The notes under the pieces: model-generated | Databases searched by the model: none | What the model was told of the DNA's origin: nothing | What the model saw: the letters and a program-made list of their open reading frames with translations, nothing else | Shown here: in pieces, positions 9,141-19,343 of the stretch | Position numbering within the stretch: position 1 is the first letter of the stretch | How the letters are laid out: every line of letters begins with the position of its first letter | From: Myxococcales bacterium | Lineage (GTDB): Bacteria > Myxococcota_A > Polyangia > Polyangiales > DASUME01 | Assembly: GCA_047601445.1 (NCBI GenBank) | Contig: JASGJH010000001.1 | Location: 6,304,001-6,368,000 of the forward strand | Direction: 5' to 3' | DNA: 64,000 bases | Position numbers and translations under genes: made by a program

Positions 9141-11687
9141 GGCACCACCCTCAGGAGTCGGCGTTCGTCGCTACGAGCCGGTCGCACCTGACCGCGCTCT
9201 TCCACGAACACCACGTTGTCGTCCTTCGCGTCACTGTTGACGAAATGCCGGAAGCGCTTGCGCTTCTCCGGATCTTCCACGGCCACCTTCCACTCACAGG
9301 CGTACGTATCGACCAGCTTCTGCATCTCGGCTTCGAGTTCGGCGCCGATGCCCAGGCTGTCTTCCACCACCACCTTGCGAACGTAGTCCGAACCGCCTTC
9401 GAGCTGGTTCAGCCAGGTCGACGTGCGTTGCAGGCGGTCCGCGGTGCGGATGTAGAACATCAGGAAGCGGTCGATGTAGCGGATGAGGTGCTCTTCATCG
9501 AGATCCGACGCGAGCAGAAACGCGTGCTGGGGCTTCATGCCGCCGTTGCCGCACACGTACAGGTTGTAGCCCTTCTCGGTGGCGATGATGCCGAAGTCCT
9601 TGCTCTGTGCCTCGGCGCACTCGCGCGTGCAGCCCGAGACGGCCGACTTGAGCTTGTGCGGCGAGCGTAGCCCGCGGTAGCGGAGCTCGATCTTGATGGC
9701 CATTCCCACCGAGTCCTGCACGCCGTAGCGGCACCACGTGCTGCCCACGCAGGATTTCACCGTGCGCAACGCCTTGCCGTAGGCATGGCCCGACTCGAAG
9801 CCGGCGGCGATGAGCTCCTCCCAGATGAACGGCAGCTGTTCGACGCGCGCACCGAACATGTCGACGCGCTGGCCGCCGGTGATCTTGGTGTACAGGCCGT
9901 ACTTCTTCGCGACGCGGCCCACGGCGATCAGGCCGTCGGGCGTGACCTCGCCGCCGGGCATGCGTGGCACCACGGAGTAGGTGCCGTCCTTCTGGATGTT
10001 GGCCAGGAAGTAGTCGTTGGAGTCCTGCAGCGCGGCTTGCTTGGGTTCGAGGATGTGCTCATTCCAGAGCGAGGCGAAGATGGAGGCCGCCGCGGGCTTG
10101 CAGAATCTCACAGCCGAGGCCCTTGCCGTGCTTGGCCAAAAGCTCGTCGAAGGTCTTGAGCTTGCCGATCTTGCACAGGTGGAAGAGCTCCTGGCGCGTG
10201 TGGTCGAAGTGCTCGCAGATGGCGTTGGATACGGCCTGGCCCATGGCCAGGAGCTCGGTCTTGAGGATCTGCGTGACCAGTGCGCTGCAACCGCCGCAGC
10301 CCGTGCCGGCCTTGGTGCACTTCTTGAGCGCGGGCATCTCGGTGGCGCCGCCGCGGATGGCCGAGCACACGGCGCCTTTGGTGACGTTGTTGCACGAGCA
10401 CACCATGGCGCTGTCGGAGAGCTCCATCTTGGGGCGCGAGCTCGCGTCCTGCGGGGCCACCAGGAGGCTCTCCGGGTAGGTCGGCATCGGCGACTTTTCG
10501 CGCACCATGGCGGCCAGCAGGTCGTAGTCGGCCGCGTCGCCCACCAGCATGCCGCCGAGCAGGGTCTTGCCGTCGGAGCTCACGTAGATGCGCTTGTAGA
10601 CCTCCTTGAGGTCGTCGCTCACGCTGACGCCGCGGGCGCCTTCGCTGGTGCCGAAGGCGTCACCGAAGCTCGCCACGTCCACGCCCATGAGCTTGAGCTT
10701 GGTGGACATGTCGGCGCCCTCGAACTTGAGGCTCTCGCCCTGGATGTGCGCGGCTGCACTGCGCGCCATGGAGTAGCCGGGTCCGACCAGGCCGTAGATA
10801 CGGTTGTCGAAGAGCGCGCACTCGCCGATGGCATAGATGCTGGGGTCGCTGGTGAGGCAATGGTGGTCGATGGCGATGCCGCCGCGCGGGCCGGTGGCGA
10901 GGCCAGCCGCTTTCGCGAGCTCGTCGCGCGGGCGAATGCCGGCAGAGAACAACACCAGGTCGGTCTCGAGCTGGCTGCCGTCCGCGAAGGCGAGTCCACG
11001 TACCTTGCGTTGCTCGTCGATCACGACCTGCGTGGTGTTGGCGTCGGTCTTGACCGTGACCCCAAGAGCTTCGATGCGCCCGCGCAGTACGCGGCCGCCA
11101 GCGGCGTCGAGCTGCATCGGCATCAGGCGAGGCGCGAACTCCACCACGGTGGTTGCCAGGCCGAGCTCCTTGAGCGCCTTGGCCGCTTCCAGGCCCAGCA
11201 AGCCGCCGCCAATGACCACGCCGCGCTTCACGCGCTTGGCGTAGGCCTCGATGGCGAACAGGTCGTCGATGGTGCGGTACACGAAGCAGCCGCGGGACTC
11301 GTTGTTGGGCAGCGGCGGCACGAACGCCTTGGAGCCCGTGGCGAGCACCAACATGTCGTAGGGAACGCGAAAGCCTGCGCAGGTGAATACGAGACGTTGC
11401 GCGCGATCGATGCGCTCGGCGCGGTCTCCCAGGCGCGTCTCGATGTCGAGCTCTGCGTAGCGCTCACGCGTGGCCACGGCGAGGTCGTCTGCAGACTTGC
11501 CTTCGAAGTAGGCGCTGAGATGGACGCGGTCGTAGGCGAGGCGCGGCTCTTCACCGATGACAGTGATGGAGAGCTGACGCTGCGGGTCCCGTTCGCGTAG
11601 TTCTTCTACGAAACGATGCCCCACGAGACCGTTGCCGATCACGACGATGCGGAGGCGTGAGGAGTTGCGAGCGGGGGTGTTGGTCAT
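9137..11687 (-). CDS. nirB: Nitrite reductase (NADH) large subunit, +1 frameshift near 10104 (probably a sequencing error)
   Basis: IVVIGNG, YDRVHLS, CSCNNV, GTGCGGC in one frame; CKPAAASIFASLWNE, VKSCVGSTWCRYG, SGCTRECAEA in the next; removing one T in GAG-ATT-C-TGC restores GCEICKP. Confidence 0.93.
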
Positions 11688-11766
11688 TGGTTCGTTTCCT
11701 GCTTATTTCGGTCTCGAGGCACAGCGTTTTCGCGGTAAAACAGCTGCAGGGGACGAGCGAAAGTAC

Positions 11767-11782
11767 AGCAATTCGCATGCCT
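11767..11782 (-). promoter_or_regulatory. Sigma54 -24/-12 promoter for nirBD
   Basis: Minus strand AGGCATGCGAATTGCT (GG-N10-GC), ~80 bp upstream of nirB. Confidence 0.7.
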
Positions 11783-11834
11783 TTCTCGGATCTGCGCATC
11801 TCCCCGAAGAAACGGCGCGCGGGCCGGAAATGAC

Positions 11835-11868
11835 CGACATCTTTGTCGAGCCGTCGACAAATTTGTCG
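11835..11868. promoter_or_regulatory. Tandem palindromes CGACA-N4-TGTCG (candidate enhancer/UAS)
   Basis: CGACATCTTTGTCG at 11835-11848 and CGACAAATTTGTCG at 11855-11868. Confidence 0.65.
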
Positions 11869-11954
11869 AGCGCATCCTGAGCTCAAGATTGCCGTCGCGT
11901 TTCCGCGATCAACGCGCTGCAAGAAACTCGCAACGTGTATTCACCGCGCGCTGT

Positions 11955-11970
11955 TGGCCACTGTCTTGCA
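11955..11970 (+). promoter_or_regulatory. Sigma54 -24/-12 promoter for the nitrate/nitrite transporter
   Basis: TGGCCACTGTCTTGCA (GG-N10-GC), 26 bp upstream of ATG 11997. Confidence 0.7.
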
Positions 11971-11996
11971 CAAGCGAACTCGTTATCGACGCAGTC

Positions 11997-13331
11997 ATGT
12001 CTGCCACCGAATCGAGAGAGCTAGTGAGCACGCCCGCCAATCGAATCGATCTGTTCAGCTTCAAAGGCCCGTCCATGCGCGCCTTTCACATGGCTTGGTC
12101 TGCGTTCCTGCTGACGTTCTTCGGTTGGTTCGCGGTGGCGCCCTTGATGCCGGTGATCCGCGAAGAGATGCAGCTGACCAAGGAGCAGATTGGCAACTGC
12201 ATAGTCGCTTCCGTGGTAGCGACCATCTTCGTGCGCTTGGTGGTGGGCGCCATCTGCGACCGCGTGGGGCCGCGACGAACGTACTCCTGGTTGCTGATGC
12301 TCGGCTCGCTGCCTGTTATGCTCATTGGCCTCGCCCACGACTACACATCGTTCCTGCTCTTCCGCCTGGCCATCGGTGGCGTCGGCGCTTCGTTCGTGGT
12401 GACGCAGTACCACTCGAGCGTGATGTTCGCGCCCAACGTCGTCGGTCGCGCAGCAGCCATCACGGCCGGCTGGGGCAACCTCGGCGGCGGCATCGCGCAG
12501 ATCGCCATGCCCCTGTTGATGGCGAGCCTCGTCTCACTCGGTGTCAGCCAGGCCTGGGGTTGGCGCCTAGCCATGGTGGTGCCCGGCGCGCTGATGTTCG
12601 TATGGGGCCTGCTCTATTCGCGCGTCACCCAGGACTATCCCGCTGGCAACGCGGAAGACGGTGTAACCCCCCTCAAGAAGTACGGCGCGTCGCACGAAAA
12701 CGCTTTCCTGCTCGCCTGTCGCGACTACCGCGTGTGGGCTCTGTTCCTCACCTACGCCTCTTGCTTCGGCGTCGAGCTCACCTTCCACAATCTGGCCGCG
12801 CTCTACTACAAGGACACCTTCTCGCTCAGCCTCACCGCGGCAGGCGTGGTGGCTGGCAGCTACGGTCTGATGAACATCTTTGCGCGCGGCCTCGGGGGCT
12901 ATGCGTCCGACCGCGTGGCCATGCGCTTTGGGATCCGTGGTCGCGTGTTGCTCCTGGGCCTCCTGCTGGTCGGCGAAGGCGTGGGTCTCGTGCTCTTCTC
13001 GCAGATGAGGACGCTGCCTGCGGCGATCGCGGCCATGGTGTTGTTCGCGCTGTTCACGCAGATGGCCTCGGGTGGTACCTACGCGGTGGTGCCCTTCCTC
13101 AACCGCCGGGCGCTCGGCTCGGTGGCCGGCATCGTCGGGGCCGGAGGCAACGTGGGCGCGGTGATCGCCGGCCTGCTGTTCCGCGAGGCGCAGGCCCCAA
13201 TGTCGACGACCTTCGCCTGGTTGGGCCTGACGGTCATCGCCTGCGCCAGCCTGACCCTGTTCGTGCGCTTCTCGGACGACACCGAGGAGCGCGAGCGAGC
13301 ACTGCTCGACGCCGCCTCGCTCAATACCTGA
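11997..13331 (+). CDS. NarK/NasA/NRT2-type MFS nitrate/nitrite transporter
   Basis: MRAFHMAW..FFGWFAVAPL, AGWGNLGGG nitrate signature, CFGVELT, GIVGAGGNVG; many TM segments. Confidence 0.93.
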   Translation: MSATESRELVSTPANRIDLFSFKGPSMRAFHMAWSAFLLTFFGWFAVAPLMPVIREEMQLTKEQIGNCIVASVVATIFVRLVVGAICDRVGPRRTYSWLLMLGSLPVMLIGLAHDYTSFLLFRLAIGGVGASFVVTQYHSSVMFAPNVVGRAAAITAGWGNLGGGIAQIAMPLLMASLVSLGVSQAWGWRLAMVVPGALMFVWGLLYSRVTQDYPAGNAEDGVTPLKKYGASHENAFLLACRDYRVWALFLTYASCFGVELTFHNLAALYYKDTFSLSLTAAGVVAGSYGLMNIFARGLGGYASDRVAMRFGIRGRVLLLGLLLVGEGVGLVLFSQMRTLPAAIAAMVLFALFTQMASGGTYAVVPFLNRRALGSVAGIVGAGGNVGAVIAGLLFREAQAPMSTTFAWLGLTVIACASLTLFVRFSDDTEERERALLDAASLNT

Positions 13332-13336
13332 GGGCG

Positions 13337-13418
13337 GCGAGCGGCCATCGGAGAGCGATGGCTGCTGGCGGATGGCTGCCGGCGGATGGCTGCTGGCCGA
13401 TCCCCAATGGCCGCTCGC
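13337..13418. repeat. Heptamer-derived array enclosed by an inverted repeat (GCGAGCGGCCAT...ATGGCCGCTCGC); possible terminator/stabiliser
   Basis: 12-bp perfect inverted arms around GATGGCT/GCTGGCG units, just after the transporter stop. Confidence 0.7.
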
Positions 13419-13442
13419 AGACTCGTGGCACACTCAGCCCTC

Positions 13443-14096
13443 ATGGAGCCTCAATCCAAGCCCACGGCGGCGATCGCCAAAGCCTATGACAGTCTGCGTG
13501 AGCACGGGCTGGCCTATCCAGAAACCCACGAGGACCATCCTTGGGGCCACAGCGCGCTCAAGGTGAAGGGGAAGGCGTTCGCGTTCCTGTGGGCCGATGG
13601 GGAGGGCCTGAGCATCTCGGCCAAGCTTCCGGTCTCCAACGATCTCGCGCTCAACCTGCCCTTCGCGCAACCCACCGGCTACGGGCTTGGGAAGAGCGGG
13701 TGGGTCAGCGGCAAGTTCGGCAGCAAGGACAAGGTGCCGCTCGAGCTGCTGTTCGCCTGGCTGGAGGAGAGCTACCGGTCGATCGCTCCCAAGAAGTTGT
13801 CGGCTCTGCTCGGCGGCGCGGTAGGAACCACCAGGCTGCCCGGAGCGCGCGCCGAGGAGGCGTCGGGAGGGCCCGCCAAGGGGAAGGCCGTGAGGCGCGC
13901 GGGTGCGAGCAAGGGAGCGAAGGGGAAGCCCGGGAAGGGCAAGGCGCCAGGCGAGGGAGCGAAGTCGGCCAAGCCAGCGAGCGCGCGCACGACCTCCACG
14001 ACCGGGAAGGCCGCGGCCAAAGGGGGGCCCAAGGGGGGCGCGAAGAAGCGGGCGTCCAAAGTGAGCAGCAAGAAAGCACCCGCAAGGCGCCGCTGA
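13443..14096 (+). CDS. MmcQ/YjbR-family protein with Lys/Ala-rich C-terminal tail
   Basis: YPETHEDHPWGHSALKVKGKAF, PTGYGLGKSGWV, WLEESYRSIAPKKL. Confidence 0.85.
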   Translation: MEPQSKPTAAIAKAYDSLREHGLAYPETHEDHPWGHSALKVKGKAFAFLWADGEGLSISAKLPVSNDLALNLPFAQPTGYGLGKSGWVSGKFGSKDKVPLELLFAWLEESYRSIAPKKLSALLGGAVGTTRLPGARAEEASGGPAKGKAVRRAGASKGAKGKPGKGKAPGEGAKSAKPASARTTSTTGKAAAKGGPKGGAKKRASKVSSKKAPARRR

Positions 14097-14140
14097 GCAG
14101 CTCGCGTGCGCCGCGGAGCCGGCGGCGGTAGGTTGGCTGG

Positions 14141-15157
14141 ATGACGAAGAACCGCGGTTTTCTGCTCGCCTCACGTCCCGAAGGGGAACCCAGTCTGGAG
14201 AACTTCTCCCTGGTGGAGGAGACCCTGCCGGCGCTGCGCCCCGGACAGGTGTTGGTGCGCCACCACTACCTCTCGCTCGACCCCTACATGCGCGGACGCA
14301 TGAGCGACGCCAAGAGCTACGCGGCGCCGCAGCCGCTCGGCAAGGTGATGATCGGCGGCACCGTGGGCGAGGTGGTCGAGTCCCAGAACGACTTTTTCAA
14401 GGTCGGCGACAAGGTGCTCGGCATGGGCGGATGGCAGGAGTACGCCATCGTGGACGCCGGCCAACGCGGCGTGCTGCAGAAGGTGGATACCGGCAAGATC
14501 CCGCTCTCGGCCTACTTGGGCTCCGTGGGCATGCCGGGGGTCACGGCCTGGTACGGCCTGAACGAGATTATCGCGCCCAAGGCGGGGCAGACGGTGGTGG
14601 TGAGCGCGGCGAGCGGCGCGGTGGGCTCGGTGGTGGGGCAGCTCGCCAAACAGAAGGGCTGTCGCGCCCTGGGCATCGCCGGGGGACGCGAGAAGTGCGA
14701 CTACGTGGTGAAGGAACTCGGGTTCGATGCCTGCCTCGACTACAAGGAGCTCAGGGATCCCAGGGCCCTCGGCGCAGCGCTGCGCGAGGCCGCCCCGCAG
14801 GGCATCGATGGCTGCTTCGAGAACGTGGGCGGTGCGCTGCTCGACGCGGTGATGCTCCAGATGAACCCGTTCGGACGCATCGCGGTGTGCGGGATGATCG
14901 CCGGCTACAACGGCGAGCCCACGCCCATGAAGTACCCCGGGCTCATTCTGGTCTCCCGCCTGACCATCCGTGGCTTCGTTGTCACCGAACACATGGAGGC
15001 GTGGCCCAAGGCGCTGCAGGAGCTGGGACCCCTGGTCGCGTCAGGGGCGCTCAAGTTCCGTGAGAGCGTGGCGCAGGGGCTGGACAGTGCTCCGGAGGCT
15101 TTCCTTGGGCTGTTGAAGGGAAAGAATTTCGGAAAGCAGTTGGTGAAGCTGATCTAG
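14141..15157 (+). CDS. NADP-dependent oxidoreductase (CurA/YncB/PTGR family)
   Basis: YLSLDPYMRGRM, GMPGVTAWYGL, VSAASGAVGSVVGQLAK, GKNFGKQLV. Confidence 0.93.
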   Translation: MTKNRGFLLASRPEGEPSLENFSLVEETLPALRPGQVLVRHHYLSLDPYMRGRMSDAKSYAAPQPLGKVMIGGTVGEVVESQNDFFKVGDKVLGMGGWQEYAIVDAGQRGVLQKVDTGKIPLSAYLGSVGMPGVTAWYGLNEIIAPKAGQTVVVSAASGAVGSVVGQLAKQKGCRALGIAGGREKCDYVVKELGFDACLDYKELRDPRALGAALREAAPQGIDGCFENVGGALLDAVMLQMNPFGRIAVCGMIAGYNGEPTPMKYPGLILVSRLTIRGFVVTEHMEAWPKALQELGPLVASGALKFRESVAQGLDSAPEAFLGLLKGKNFGKQLVKLI

Positions 15158-15192
15158 GATCGGGGTGAATACACGGGGAGTGCACTGAAACC

Positions 15193-15552
15193 ATGCGTCG
15201 CTATTTTGCTCGCGCGCCGAACCACCCGCTTCGCCGGCTTGGACTCGGACTCGGAATGATGCTCGCGGCGGGTTGCACCGACCCCTGCGGAGAACGCTCC
15301 ATCGCCGACTGCAACGACGGGTGCTCCGTGGTTCACGGTAAGCCTGCAGACGAAGCGCTGATGTGTTTGGGCGAGACCCAGGCCGCAGGGTGCATGGAGT
15401 CTGGCCACACTTGTCAGCAGCAGATTGGCCTTGCGCGCGACACCAAGGGAAACCTCTGGTGGTTCCCCAACATCTGCATCCCCGAGAACTGGACCTTGGT
15501 CAACGACGAGAGCGGCGCCGAAGACTGGTCGGCCTGCATGAGCTCTCCCTAA
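15193..15552 (+). CDS. Small Cys-rich lipoprotein
   Basis: LAAGC lipobox; Cys-rich mature part. Confidence 0.65.
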   Translation: MRRYFARAPNHPLRRLGLGLGMMLAAGCTDPCGERSIADCNDGCSVVHGKPADEALMCLGETQAAGCMESGHTCQQQIGLARDTKGNLWWFPNICIPENWTLVNDESGAEDWSACMSSP

Positions 15553-15576
15553 ATCTCTGGGGCAACGGCAGCGTGA

Positions 15577-17598
15577 CTACGGCGCGATCACGCTGAGCTT
15601 CACCACGCCTTCGGGGTTGTGCGCGGAGTACAGGACGAGGCGTCCGCCGACTTCCACCATGGTCAGGTTGCGCGGCGGGATGGGCAAGCTCTCGAGCAGC
15701 GTGGACCAGCTGTTGGCCGTGGGATCGTATACCTCGAGCGACGGGTTCTCGACCAGGCCTCCCTCACCGGGGCTCGAGCCGCCTGCAAGGTAGAGCTTGC
15801 CGTCGAGGGCCACGAGCTGCGCCGAGATGCGCGGCGTGGGACACGGGATTTCGCCGAAAGTCTTGCGCTCGAAGTCGAACACTTCGCAGCTGGTCACCGG
15901 CGCGAAGCCCTCGGCCATGCCTCCGATCAAGTAGTACTTGCCGTCGAGCTGCGCGCCGGCGAAGGCGCGGCGCGGATGGGGGAGCTCGATGCCCGTAGGC
16001 TCGAAGGCATGATTGGCCTCCGCGCGGAGGACGCCGCGTGGATGGTCGAACTGAGCTTGCTCGCCCTTGGCCGGGTCGAAATTCAAGCCGCCGAAGATCC
16101 ACAGTGCGCCGCCTTGTTCGGCGAGTCCGAACTGCGTGCGCGGCTTGTCGAGCGCGTAGGGCGAAGCCTGCCAGCGCCCATGCTCGAAGTCGAAGGCGAA
16201 CGCGTCGGATTGGGCGCGTGCTTCCTGGCCCCCTACCGCCGGTTCGTCGAAGCCGAAGCCACCGATGGCGAGCGCTTGACCCTCCTGAGCGCTCTCTGGC
16301 ACCAAGGTCTGCATGCTCTGGCGCGCGCGCGGAAAGTCGGGCAGGCGCTCCCAGAACATGCCTCCGAGATCCAGACGAGCAGCGTCCGCCGCGAAGTCTT
16401 TGGGCGTGAAGTCGTGCTGATTCAGGCTGCGGTTGCCGCCGAACACATACAGCGAGTCTCCCTCCGCGAATACGCCCTGGCGATTGCGCCCCCCGAGCGG
16501 GTTCTCGAGCGTGAAGCTCACGACCTCGGGACCGTTCTTGGTGAGATCCAGGATCTCCACGGGCCGCGTGCGCGCGCCGAAGTGCATGCCGGAGATGCCG
16601 CCGAGGGCCACGACGTGGGTGGCGTCAGGCATCACCAGCTGATGGAAGAAGCGAGGAAAGGCCAGCTTCTTGGCGTTGCGCCAGGTGCCACTGACGTCGT
16701 CGAGCGCCCACAACACACCGTCACGGGCGCTGGCGAAGAGGCTGTCGCCGTTGGAGGTGGCGGCGATGCCGAAGCCGTCACCCGGTAGATCGGGGCCTCG
16801 CGACCATGCCTGCGTGGCGGGATCGAAGACATGGACTTCCTGCGACGTCTTGGCGTCGGCGTTCATGCCTCCCAGCACCACCAACTTGCCGTCGAGCACC
16901 GCGGCCGCCAGCGCGCGCAGACGAAAGGGCTGCGGCATGCTCTGCCAGGCGCCTCGAGCCGCGTCGTACACGAACATGGTGTCCGCGAACTTGCCGTCTT
17001 TGCGCGCTCCGCTGAGGGTCCAGCCACCCACCACGTACAGGCGATCGCCGAGTGCGACCAGCGCATGCGACGAGCGGGCCTCGGGCAATGGAGGCAGGCT
17101 CTGCCAGTGTTGGGACGCGAGATCGAACGAGCGCGCCTCCGAGAGCGACACGATGTGCTCGGGTTGATCTCGCGTGTTGAGCGCGCGCATTCCGCCCACG
17201 CTCACCAGCCCGTCCCGCAAGACCACGAGCGGCATGCCTTGAGCGGGTTCGAGCGCCGGCAGCTCGGTCCATCCGACGGGGGACGCGCTGGCCTGGGCCT
17301 CGCCGCTTGCGAGTGGGTAGCGCCACAGAGCGCCGGACTGGCCCTCACGGCTGTAGGCGTGGGGCACACCCGCATAGCCGCCGAGTGCGTAAAGCGCATT
17401 CCCCTGGGCCACGGCGCCGAAGCTGGTGACGGCATGGGGCATCAGCGGGACGTCGGCCGCGATGACGTCGGGGGGCGGAACGCTCGCGGGGTCCGTGGCA
17501 CGAGCCGCGTTTTCAGGGGTCGTGGGGCGGTGCTTGGCGTTGGGACAGCCGCAGCCCACGAGGAGGCTGAGCAAGGTGACATAGGTGCGCGAGCGCAT
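15577..17598 (-). CDS. Kelch-repeat (probably double beta-propeller) lipoprotein
   Basis: LLVGC lipobox; about 12 GG-containing Kelch repeats (LYALGG, LYVVGG, LVVLGG, LYVFGG, LWIFGG, YYLIGG, LYLAGG) with YD/FD..W motifs. Confidence 0.88.
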   Translation of the reverse strand: MRSRTYVTLLSLLVGCGCPNAKHRPTTPENAARATDPASVPPPDVIAADVPLMPHAVTSFGAVAQGNALYALGGYAGVPHAYSREGQSGALWRYPLASGEAQASASPVGWTELPALEPAQGMPLVVLRDGLVSVGGMRALNTRDQPEHIVSLSEARSFDLASQHWQSLPPLPEARSSHALVALGDRLYVVGGWTLSGARKDGKFADTMFVYDAARGAWQSMPQPFRLRALAAAVLDGKLVVLGGMNADAKTSQEVHVFDPATQAWSRGPDLPGDGFGIAATSNGDSLFASARDGVLWALDDVSGTWRNAKKLAFPRFFHQLVMPDATHVVALGGISGMHFGARTRPVEILDLTKNGPEVVSFTLENPLGGRNRQGVFAEGDSLYVFGGNRSLNQHDFTPKDFAADAARLDLGGMFWERLPDFPRARQSMQTLVPESAQEGQALAIGGFGFDEPAVGGQEARAQSDAFAFDFEHGRWQASPYALDKPRTQFGLAEQGGALWIFGGLNFDPAKGEQAQFDHPRGVLRAEANHAFEPTGIELPHPRRAFAGAQLDGKYYLIGGMAEGFAPVTSCEVFDFERKTFGEIPCPTPRISAQLVALDGKLYLAGGSSPGEGGLVENPSLEVYDPTANSWSTLLESLPIPPRNLTMVEVGGRLVLYSAHNPEGVVKLSVIAP

Positions 17599-17751
17599 TC
17601 GCAGAGCCTAGCCTTCGGGCACGCTCATGGCACCACGCGCAACCTCCTTGCGTGATCGCACAAGTCCCGTCTTGAGGACCCGCGAGCCGCACACCGGGAG
17701 GTCTGGGACGGTGGTAAGGTGCCAGGCAGCCGAGCCAAAGGAGCTTCTGCC

Positions 17752-19212
17752 ATGGACGCGTCCGCCGTTTCGATGCCTACGAGCGACCCAAACCAGGCCA
17801 ACGCCATGCGAGAGCTGTTGCGCCGTCAGCGCGAGTCGTTCCTGCGTGACGGGCCAGCCTCCGCCGAGCTGCGTATGGAGCGTCTGCAGCGCCTGATCAC
17901 CAGCGTGGTCGCGCACGAGCGGCGCATCGTCGAGGCCTGCGCCGCCGATTTCGGGCATCGCAGCAAGGACGCCTCGCGCTGGACCGACGTGGCCGCGATC
18001 ATCGAGAGCGCCAAGTACAGCAAGAAGCACCTGCGTAGCTGGATGAAGCCCGAGAAGCGCAGTGCTGCGTTCCCTGTCAACCTGCTCGGAGCCAAGGCCG
18101 AGGTGCGTTATCAGGCGCTCGGCGTGGTAGGCATCGTGAGCCCCTGGAATTTCCCGGTCTATCTCTCGCTCTCGCCCCTCGCGAGCGTGCTCTCGGCGGG
18201 CAATCGCGCGCTGATCAAGCCGTCCGAGGTGACCCCAGCCTGCGCCGAGGTGGTCGCCGAGATCGTGGCCAAGGCCTTCGACGAGAGCGAGGTAGCCGTG
18301 GTTACCGGCGGCCCCGAAGCCGCAGCTGCGTTCACGTCGCTGCCCCTCGACCACCTGCTGTACACCGGTGGGCCCGGCATCGCGCGTCATGTGATGCGCG
18401 CGGCGGCGGAGCACCTGGTGCCGGTGACCCTGGAGTTGGGCGGCAAGTGTCCCGTCATCGTGGGCAAGGACGCGGACCTCACGGACGTGGCGCTCAAGGT
18501 GATGAACGCCAAGTGCCTCAACGCGGGGCAAATCTGCCTGTCTCCGGATTATCTGATGGTGCCGGCGGCGCGTGAGGCGGAGTTGGTCTCGGCGCTGCGA
18601 TCGGCGGTGGAAGGAATGTTCACGGGGCTCGTCGAGAACCCGGACTACAGCTCGGTGGTGAACCAGCGTCACAAGCAGCGCCTGCAGGGATACCTCGACG
18701 ATGCGCGCAGCAAGGGGGCCCAGCTCATCGAGCTCAATCCCCAGGGCGAGTCGTTCGAAGGGCAGAGCGCGCACAAGATGCCTCCGACGCTGGTGCTCAA
18801 CCCCAAGGAGCACATGGCGATCATGCAAGAGGAGATCTTCGGACCCATGCTGCCCATCAAGAGCTACGGGCAGATCGACGAAGCCATCGCCTACGTCAAC
18901 GCCGGAGAGCGGCCGCTCGCACTCTACTACTTCGGAGACGACGCGGAGGAACGCGAGCGCGTGCTCGCCAGGACCACGTCGGGCGGCGTGAGCTTGAACG
19001 ACGTGGCCATGCACGTGATCCAGAACGACCTGCCGTTCGGCGGCGTGGGTCACAGCGGCATGGGCGCCTATCACGCGCGCGAGGGCTTTCTGCGTTTCTC
19101 CCACGCGCGCAGCGTGTTCACGCAGAGCAAGGTCGGCCTGCTCGGTAAGATCCTGCGCCCGCCCTTTGGCAAGGCGTACCGCAAGCTCGTGGCCAGCATG
19201 ATCAAGGCATAG
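17752..19212 (+). CDS. Aldehyde dehydrogenase, coniferyl aldehyde dehydrogenase (CalB)-like
   Basis: SPWNFP, IKPSE, LELGGK, NAGQICLSPDY, EEIFGP, LPFGGVGHSGMGAYH. Confidence 0.92.
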   Translation: MDASAVSMPTSDPNQANAMRELLRRQRESFLRDGPASAELRMERLQRLITSVVAHERRIVEACAADFGHRSKDASRWTDVAAIIESAKYSKKHLRSWMKPEKRSAAFPVNLLGAKAEVRYQALGVVGIVSPWNFPVYLSLSPLASVLSAGNRALIKPSEVTPACAEVVAEIVAKAFDESEVAVVTGGPEAAAAFTSLPLDHLLYTGGPGIARHVMRAAAEHLVPVTLELGGKCPVIVGKDADLTDVALKVMNAKCLNAGQICLSPDYLMVPAAREAELVSALRSAVEGMFTGLVENPDYSSVVNQRHKQRLQGYLDDARSKGAQLIELNPQGESFEGQSAHKMPPTLVLNPKEHMAIMQEEIFGPMLPIKSYGQIDEAIAYVNAGERPLALYYFGDDAEERERVLARTTSGGVSLNDVAMHVIQNDLPFGGVGHSGMGAYHAREGFLRFSHARSVFTQSKVGLLGKILRPPFGKAYRKLVASMIKA

Positions 19213-19267
19213 GGTGTAGCTGAGGGCACTCGCTCCTGGCGCCCGCGTGCGAACGCGTGGCGTCCGA

Positions 19268-19283
19268 CGGTCTGCTCCTTGCA
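19268..19283 (+). promoter_or_regulatory. Possible sigma54 promoter
   Basis: CGGTCTGCTCCTTGCA (GG-N10-GC with TTGCA) ~60 bp upstream of the DUF1254 gene. Confidence 0.4.
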
Positions 19284-19343
19284 ACTCCCTGGGTGTGCGG
19301 TCTGCGCGCGTTGTTGCGCGCTCCGCAGCCAGGGAGGTTCCCG

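Noticed and set aside
9137..11687. nirB, regB, rlmM, hupE, mutY and E1a as true pseudogenes or programmed frameshifts
   Set aside because: Each has a single indel with no other decay and no slippery heptamer, and most cluster at GATC, so sequencing error is more likely
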